64,000 nt of DNA from an uncultured Candidatus Saccharibacteria bacterium (GTDB taxonomy: Bacteria > Patescibacteriota > Dojkabacteria > SC72 > JAFGCJ01). A program made the translations under genes and the position numbers. The notes under the pieces were generated by a model. It saw nothing but the letters and a program-made list of their open reading frames with translations. It had not been told where the DNA came from and made no database searches. Location of the stretch: positions 142,188 to 206,187 of the forward strand of contig CAYZTC010000001.1 in NCBI GenBank assembly GCA_964481345.1. Reading direction: 5' to 3'. Each line of letters begins with the position of its first letter. Position 1 is the first letter of the stretch. Shown in pieces: positions 58,529 to 64,000 of this stretch.

Positions 58529-61500
58529 ATGAAAGAACCAACAACAAATTCTGCAGGTAGGTACAATTTAGGTTCCATCGATCCACTCATTCCACTGCCA
58601 AACCTAATAGAAGCTCAGAAGAAATCATTTGGAAGATTTATTGATGGAGGAATGAAGATTCTGTTTGATGAGATTTCTCCTGTGAAAGATACGTTGGGGC
58701 GAATGTGGACATTAGAGTTTGGTAAATATAGGTATGGTAAACCGAATAGGTCTCCAGGGGAAGCTGTAGAAAAGAACCTTTCTCACGATGCACCACTTTA
58801 TGTAACTTTTCGACTAACAAATGAGAGAACTGATGAAATAAAGGAGGAGGAGATTTTCGTTGCGGATATGCCAATAATGACTGACAGTGGAACTTTTGTC
58901 TTTAATGGAGTTACTAAGGTGGTTGTTCATCAGATTGTCAGAGCTGAGGGTGTACTTTTTGATGAGTGTAAATATAAAGCACCTGATAGAAAACTATATT
59001 CTGCTAGATTGATGCCAACAAGGGGTCCATGGTTTGAGTTTGAGGTAAACAAAAACGATGTGATGATGATAAGGTTAGTAAATAAGAGACCTAAGGTTTT
59101 AGTGACGACATTGCTTAGAGTTCTTGGTTTTTCAACGGATGACGATATAAAAAAACTGTTTAAGGGTGTACTTGGAGTGGAGCACGACCTTATCGAGTCT
59201 ACGCTAGAGAAAGACGCTACTATCAATAGAGAACAGGCAATAATAGAGATTTATAATAAGATACGGCCTGATGAGTCTGTTACTCTTGAGTCTGCAGAAA
59301 AGTATATAAAAGGGTTCTTTTTTGATACAAGAAGATTTGATCTTGGGGAAATTGGTAGATACCAGATTAATAAGAAGCTAGATCTTGATTTCAAGATGAA
59401 ACCAGAGAACTTCAGGCTTTTTGTTGAGGATGTTGTTGCAATAATAAAGTCACTTGTCGAAGTAAATAACGGAATTAGATCTCCTGACGATATTGATAGT
59501 CTAGCAAATAGAAGAGTTAGAAGTGTTGGTGAGATAATGGTTGATGAGTTTAGGGTGGGTGTAAGAAGGATGGAAAAGACAATAAGAGATAGGATGAGTA
59601 TGCATGGAGAGGATGAAAAGGTTACTCCTTCAATGCTTATCAGTACCAAGCCTATTACAGCAGCAATTAACAGTATGTTTGGTACTGGTCAGTTCTCAAG
59701 ATTTATGGAACAGAATAACATTTTGTCTGAGTTAGCACATAAAAGAGAGGTAACTGCCGCCGGTCCAGGTGGTTTGACGAAGGAAAGAGCAACATTTTCA
59801 GTAAGGGATGTCCATTTTTCTCATTACTCAAGGTTTTGTCCAGTTCAAACTCCTGAGGGTCAAAATGTTGGTTTAGTATTGCAGCTTTCTTTGTATGCAA
59901 GGATTAATGATTTTGGATTTGTTGAGGCACCTTATGTAAAAGTATTGCAAAAGGTTAAGAGTAATAAGACCTCACTTGTTGGAAGGATCCCGCTTTCCGA
60001 TGTAAAAACCAAAAGAGGAAAAGTTTTAGCAAAGGGTGGAAAAATAATTGACGAAAAAACAGCTGACAAGATAGTAAGTGAAAAATCTATAAAAGAAGTT
60101 GAAGTTAGGTCTTTTAGAAGCGACGAGGTTGAGTATTTAGATGCATCTGATGAACTTGAGCATGTAGTTTCCATGTCTACATTAGATATGGATGAGTATG
60201 GGAATATTAAAGATAAACTTGTTTCAGTAAGGGCTGAGGGTCACTTTTTTGTTAGGCCAGCTCAAGATGTTGATTTGATGGATGTAGTGCCATCTCAGAT
60301 GGGTGGGCTATCTCTTGCCACAATTCCCGGAGTGCCCAATGACTACTCATATCGTGTAATGATGGGTTCAAACATGCAGAAACAGGCGGTACCTTTAATT
60401 AAAAATGAGTCAGCAATAGTAGGCACTGGCTATGAAGATGTAATTGGCAAGGAGTCTGGCTGGGGAATCTACTCAGAGGGTGATGGTGAGGTGGAGTATG
60501 TTGACGGCAAAAAAGTAATTGTTAAATACGACGGAGTTGGTAAGCCTGGAGAATATGAAATAACATCATTTTTTGGTACAAACCAGGGAACATGTTATGC
60601 CCAAAGACCAGTTGTTGATGTGGGGCAAAAGGTGAAAGAAGGAGATGTTTTGGTCGATGGTCCCAGTATGGAAAATGGTGAAATGGCATTAGGTACAAAC
60701 ATTGTTAGTGCATACATGTTTTTTGAGGGGTATGTATATGAGGATGGGTTCTTGATTTCTGAAAGACTAGTTCAAGATGATGTTCTAACCTCAATCCATA
60801 TTAAAAAGTACGAGCATGAAATCCAAGAGACTGATTTGGGTCCACAGATTATGACAAATGATATTCCTAATGTTAGCGAAAGAGCATTAAGAAACCTTGA
60901 TGAGAGAGGTATTGTAAGGGTTGGATCTAGAGTTCAATCACAGGATGTTCTTGTAGGCACAATTTCTCCAAAGGGAGAGCAAGAGCTTACCTCAGAAGAA
61001 AGACTTCTTAGGGCAATCTTTGGTGAACAAGCTAGTGATGTAAGGGACGTCTCGTTGAAATTACCACATGGTCAATCTGGTGTAGTAATAAAAACCCAAG
61101 AGTTATCTGCTGAAAATGATGACAAGCTATCCTCTGGTGTTATAAGACAGGTAAATGTGTGGGTAGCGCAGACAAAGAAAATTTCCTATGGAGATAAACT
61201 TGCAGGAAGGCATGGTGATAAAGGAACGATTGCTGGAATTCTTCCCGTCGAGGATATGCCATTTATGGAGGATGGTACTCCTATTGATATAGTTATTAAT
61301 CCAAATATTATTAAGAGAATGAATATTGGACAGCTATGGGAAGTAAGGCTTGCAAAGTTATCCGATGAACTTGGAATAAAAATTGCAGCTCCTAATTTTG
61401 AGGGCTTGAACATAAAATGGCTGTATGATCAATGTGAAAAAGAAGGGTTAGATACAGATGAAAGGGTAACTCTTTATGACGGTAGGACTGGTAGGAAGTT

Positions 61501-61924
61501 TCCAAGAAAAATTAAGGTTGGGCCAAAGTATACTGGCAAGCTTGAACATATTGCTGACATGAAAATACATGCGAGGTCAACAGGTCCATATACTTTAGTC
61601 ACCCAGCAGCCACTTGGTGGTAAGGCACAAATGGGTGGACAGAGGTTCGGAGAGATGGAGGTGTGGGCGCTTGAAGCACATGGTGTACCAAATACTTTGC
61701 AGGAAATGTTGACGATTAAGTCGGATGATATGAGAGGAAGAGCAGAAGCATACAAAGCGATCATTCATGGTGAAAAGGTTGAATCAGTTTCAACACCGGA
61801 AGCGTTTAAAGTGTTGGTTAAAGAGCTAAATGCACTGTCATTAAATATTGATTTAATTTATCAGGAAGATGAAGAAGATGGATTCGGAGAAAAGGCCGTT
61901 TCTACAAAAGAAGAGGAGAAATAA
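58529..61924 (+). CDS. rpoB: RNA polymerase beta subunit
   Basis: GPGGL, TPEG, GDKLAGRHGDKG, HARSTGPY, GGQRFGEMEVWALEA. Confidence 0.98.
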   Translation: MKEPTTNSAGRYNLGSIDPLIPLPNLIEAQKKSFGRFIDGGMKILFDEISPVKDTLGRMWTLEFGKYRYGKPNRSPGEAVEKNLSHDAPLYVTFRLTNERTDEIKEEEIFVADMPIMTDSGTFVFNGVTKVVVHQIVRAEGVLFDECKYKAPDRKLYSARLMPTRGPWFEFEVNKNDVMMIRLVNKRPKVLVTTLLRVLGFSTDDDIKKLFKGVLGVEHDLIESTLEKDATINREQAIIEIYNKIRPDESVTLESAEKYIKGFFFDTRRFDLGEIGRYQINKKLDLDFKMKPENFRLFVEDVVAIIKSLVEVNNGIRSPDDIDSLANRRVRSVGEIMVDEFRVGVRRMEKTIRDRMSMHGEDEKVTPSMLISTKPITAAINSMFGTGQFSRFMEQNNILSELAHKREVTAAGPGGLTKERATFSVRDVHFSHYSRFCPVQTPEGQNVGLVLQLSLYARINDFGFVEAPYVKVLQKVKSNKTSLVGRIPLSDVKTKRGKVLAKGGKIIDEKTADKIVSEKSIKEVEVRSFRSDEVEYLDASDELEHVVSMSTLDMDEYGNIKDKLVSVRAEGHFFVRPAQDVDLMDVVPSQMGGLSLATIPGVPNDYSYRVMMGSNMQKQAVPLIKNESAIVGTGYEDVIGKESGWGIYSEGDGEVEYVDGKKVIVKYDGVGKPGEYEITSFFGTNQGTCYAQRPVVDVGQKVKEGDVLVDGPSMENGEMALGTNIVSAYMFFEGYVYEDGFLISERLVQDDVLTSIHIKKYEHEIQETDLGPQIMTNDIPNVSERALRNLDERGIVRVGSRVQSQDVLVGTISPKGEQELTSEERLLRAIFGEQASDVRDVSLKLPHGQSGVVIKTQELSAENDDKLSSGVIRQVNVWVAQTKKISYGDKLAGRHGDKGTIAGILPVEDMPFMEDGTPIDIVINPNIIKRMNIGQLWEVRLAKLSDELGIKIAAPNFEGLNIKWLYDQCEKEGLDTDERVTLYDGRTGRKFPRKIKVGPKYTGKLEHIADMKIHARSTGPYTLVTQQPLGGKAQMGGQRFGEMEVWALEAHGVPNTLQEMLTIKSDDMRGRAEAYKAIIHGEKVESVSTPEAFKVLVKELNALSLNIDLIYQEDEEDGFGEKAVSTKEEEK

Positions 61925-64000
61925 CAATTTTGACGCAATAAAGGTAACGCTTGCTTCACCAGATCAAATACTCTCTTGGTCTCATGGTGAGGTTAAAAAG
62001 GCTGAAACAATAAATTATCGAACTCTTAAAACAGAAGTAGATGGGCTGATGTGTGAAAAGATATTTGGGCCCACAAAGAACTATGAGTGTTATTGTGGAA
62101 AATACCGAAAGGTAAGGTATAAAGGAATCATTTGTGATAAGTGTGGTGTTGAAGTAACTCATAAGGGTGTAAGAAGAGAAAGGATGGGACATATAAAACT
62201 GGCCGTTCCTGTCACTCATCTTTGGTTTGCATATAGTATTCCCAACAAGATTGCTACGGTACTGGATTTATCTCAGAAAATCCTACTTTCAGTCGTTTAT
62301 TACACAAGGTATATGGTAGTTGAGACGGATAAATCGAAGAAAAAAGAGATACTTCCATCGGTAGATAAAGAGCAGGAAGAAAGTGAGAAGAATTTAGACA
62401 AAGAGTTGAAGGACAAGATCTCTGAGATTGAGGGTGAGTATAAGAAACAGATTGGTAAGATTTCTAAATCAGAAAAGAACAAGGAAAAAGCGGAGTTCCA
62501 GTCAGAGACGCTTAAGCATGAGCAGAGTAAAAAGGTTGCCGCCTTAAGGAAAGAGTATGCAGAATTAGAGGAAAATCTGGCTGAAAAATATAATTCATTA
62601 AGAAAGCTTGTTGAAAGGATTGAGGTAAAAGAGATTCTTTCTGAAGATGAATATATTATTTTAAAAGAAAAGGATTACGAATTCTTTAGGGCAGAGATGG
62701 GTGCTCCAGCGATTAAAGAACTTCTGTCTCGAATCGATTTAGGAAAGGAGTCAAGGAAATTGAGAAATGCTATTAACTCAACTCAATCATCTGCGAAAAG
62801 AGCAAAACTTATTAACAGGATGAGACTTATAGAGGGCTTCACTAAGAATAATGTCAATCCAGAATGGATGGTTCTCGATGTTCTACCGGTATTGCCACCA
62901 GACTTAAGGCCAATAATTCAGCTTCCTGGTGGGAAGTTTGCGACATCTGACTTAAATGATCTCTATAGAAGGGTTATAAATAGAAATAATAGATTGAAAA
63001 GACTTATTGAAATAGGAGCCCCTGACGTTATTCTAAGAAACGAAAAAAGAATGCTTCAGGAATCTGTAGACTCACTGATTGATAATAGTCATAGACCAAG
63101 TAAGCCCTTTGTAAATCTTAGGAGAATGCCGTATAAGGCTTTAACAGATAACCTTAGAGGTAAAAAGGGAAGGTTTAGGAGAAATCTTTTGGGTAAAAGA
63201 GTCGATTATTCTGGTAGGGCTGTAATCATTGGCTCTTCAAAGCTTAGGCTTAATCAGTGCGGTATTCCTAAAACTATGGCTCTTGAGATGTTTAAACCCT
63301 TTGTAATAAGAAAGCTTATCGAAGAGGATGATGCACTAAATATTAGAATGGCAAAGCAAATGATAGATGATGAAGAAGATATAATTTGGGATATTCTTGA
63401 AGAGATTACAAAGGATAGACCGGTACTTCTTAATCGTGCACCAACACTACATAAGCAGGGTATTCAGGCGTTCTATCCAATACTTATTGAAGGTGACGCA
63501 ATCAGGATTCATCCACTTGTTTGTGGGGGCTTCAATGCTGACTTTGATGGTGACCAGATGGCAGTGCATATTCCTTTGACTGATGATGCAATTAAAGAGG
63601 CAAAAGAGGTGATGCTTGCCCAGGAAAATATTATTAAACAGGCAGATGGAAGTATACTATCTGTTCCTGTAAAAGGAATGCTTTTAGGGTTATTCATGCT
63701 TACTGAGATGAACGATGAAGATGAAAATCCAGTGACATTTGTCTCTCGAGATGAGGCTGTTTCAGCCTATGACCTGGGAGAAATATCACTTATTAAAAGA
63801 ATCGCATTGAAAATTGGTGGTAGGGTAATTGAGACTAGCACAGGTAGGATAATTTTCAATGAGGCGCTTCCTAAAGGTTATCCATTTGTAAATGAGCAAA
63901 TTAATAAGAAAATGACTGGGCAACTAATAAAGGATGTGGTTATGAATTACCCGAGGGATCAGGTGGTAGATGTGCTGGATAAAATTAAGGATTTGGGCTT
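61878..64000 (+). CDS. rpoC: RNA polymerase beta' subunit (partial)
   Basis: ATG 61878 overlapping rpoB; LASPDQI, ECYCGKY, LLGKRVDYSGR; in-frame NADFDGD at 63534. Confidence 0.97.
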   Translation, partial: MDSEKRPFLQKKRRNNNFDAIKVTLASPDQILSWSHGEVKKAETINYRTLKTEVDGLMCEKIFGPTKNYECYCGKYRKVRYKGIICDKCGVEVTHKGVRRERMGHIKLAVPVTHLWFAYSIPNKIATVLDLSQKILLSVVYYTRYMVVETDKSKKKEILPSVDKEQEESEKNLDKELKDKISEIEGEYKKQIGKISKSEKNKEKAEFQSETLKHEQSKKVAALRKEYAELEENLAEKYNSLRKLVERIEVKEILSEDEYIILKEKDYEFFRAEMGAPAIKELLSRIDLGKESRKLRNAINSTQSSAKRAKLINRMRLIEGFTKNNVNPEWMVLDVLPVLPPDLRPIIQLPGGKFATSDLNDLYRRVINRNNRLKRLIEIGAPDVILRNEKRMLQESVDSLIDNSHRPSKPFVNLRRMPYKALTDNLRGKKGRFRRNLLGKRVDYSGRAVIIGSSKLRLNQCGIPKTMALEMFKPFVIRKLIEEDDALNIRMAKQMIDDEEDIIWDILEEITKDRPVLLNRAPTLHKQGIQAFYPILIEGDAIRIHPLVCGGFNADFDGDQMAVHIPLTDDAIKEAKEVMLAQENIIKQADGSILSVPVKGMLLGLFMLTEMNDEDENPVTFVSRDEAVSAYDLGEISLIKRIALKIGGRVIETSTGRIIFNEALPKGYPFVNEQINKKMTGQLIKDVVMNYPRDQVVDVLDKIKDLG

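Overview
A bacterial chromosome segment spanning the replication origin: dnaN-oriC-[histidine kinase]-dnaA, then rpmH-rnpA-yidD-yidC-jag. GC skew visibly flips near 13.5 kb. The window also carries valS, metG, rpoD, dnaG, ftsK, rpoB, the start of rpoC, tRNA-Asn, tRNA-Ser, tmRNA, an AmmeMemoRadiSam trio and pilNO-like genes. Gene content (DUF4012, PEGA, short ValS) suggests a Patescibacteria/CPR genome (inference). Many housekeeping genes look leaderless. The most unusual region is about 25.7-39.2 kb, just downstream of tmRNA. It holds several single-gene units with a shared, conserved RNA shell: sigma70 promoter, hairpin, boxA-like motif, structured leader, strong Shine-Dalgarno (SD), orphan ORF, a 3' sequence complementary to the boxA region, and a large-loop terminator. 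The 5'/3' complementarity co-varies between copies and the non-coding shell is much more conserved than the ORFs. Other oddities: a MetRS-B3/4 fusion with no canonical start codon, an orphan protein with only sigma region 4 in a tandem duplication, a 33-aa tmRNA tag and a heavily substituted RpoB rifampicin pocket. All calls come from reading the sequence; no searches were run.
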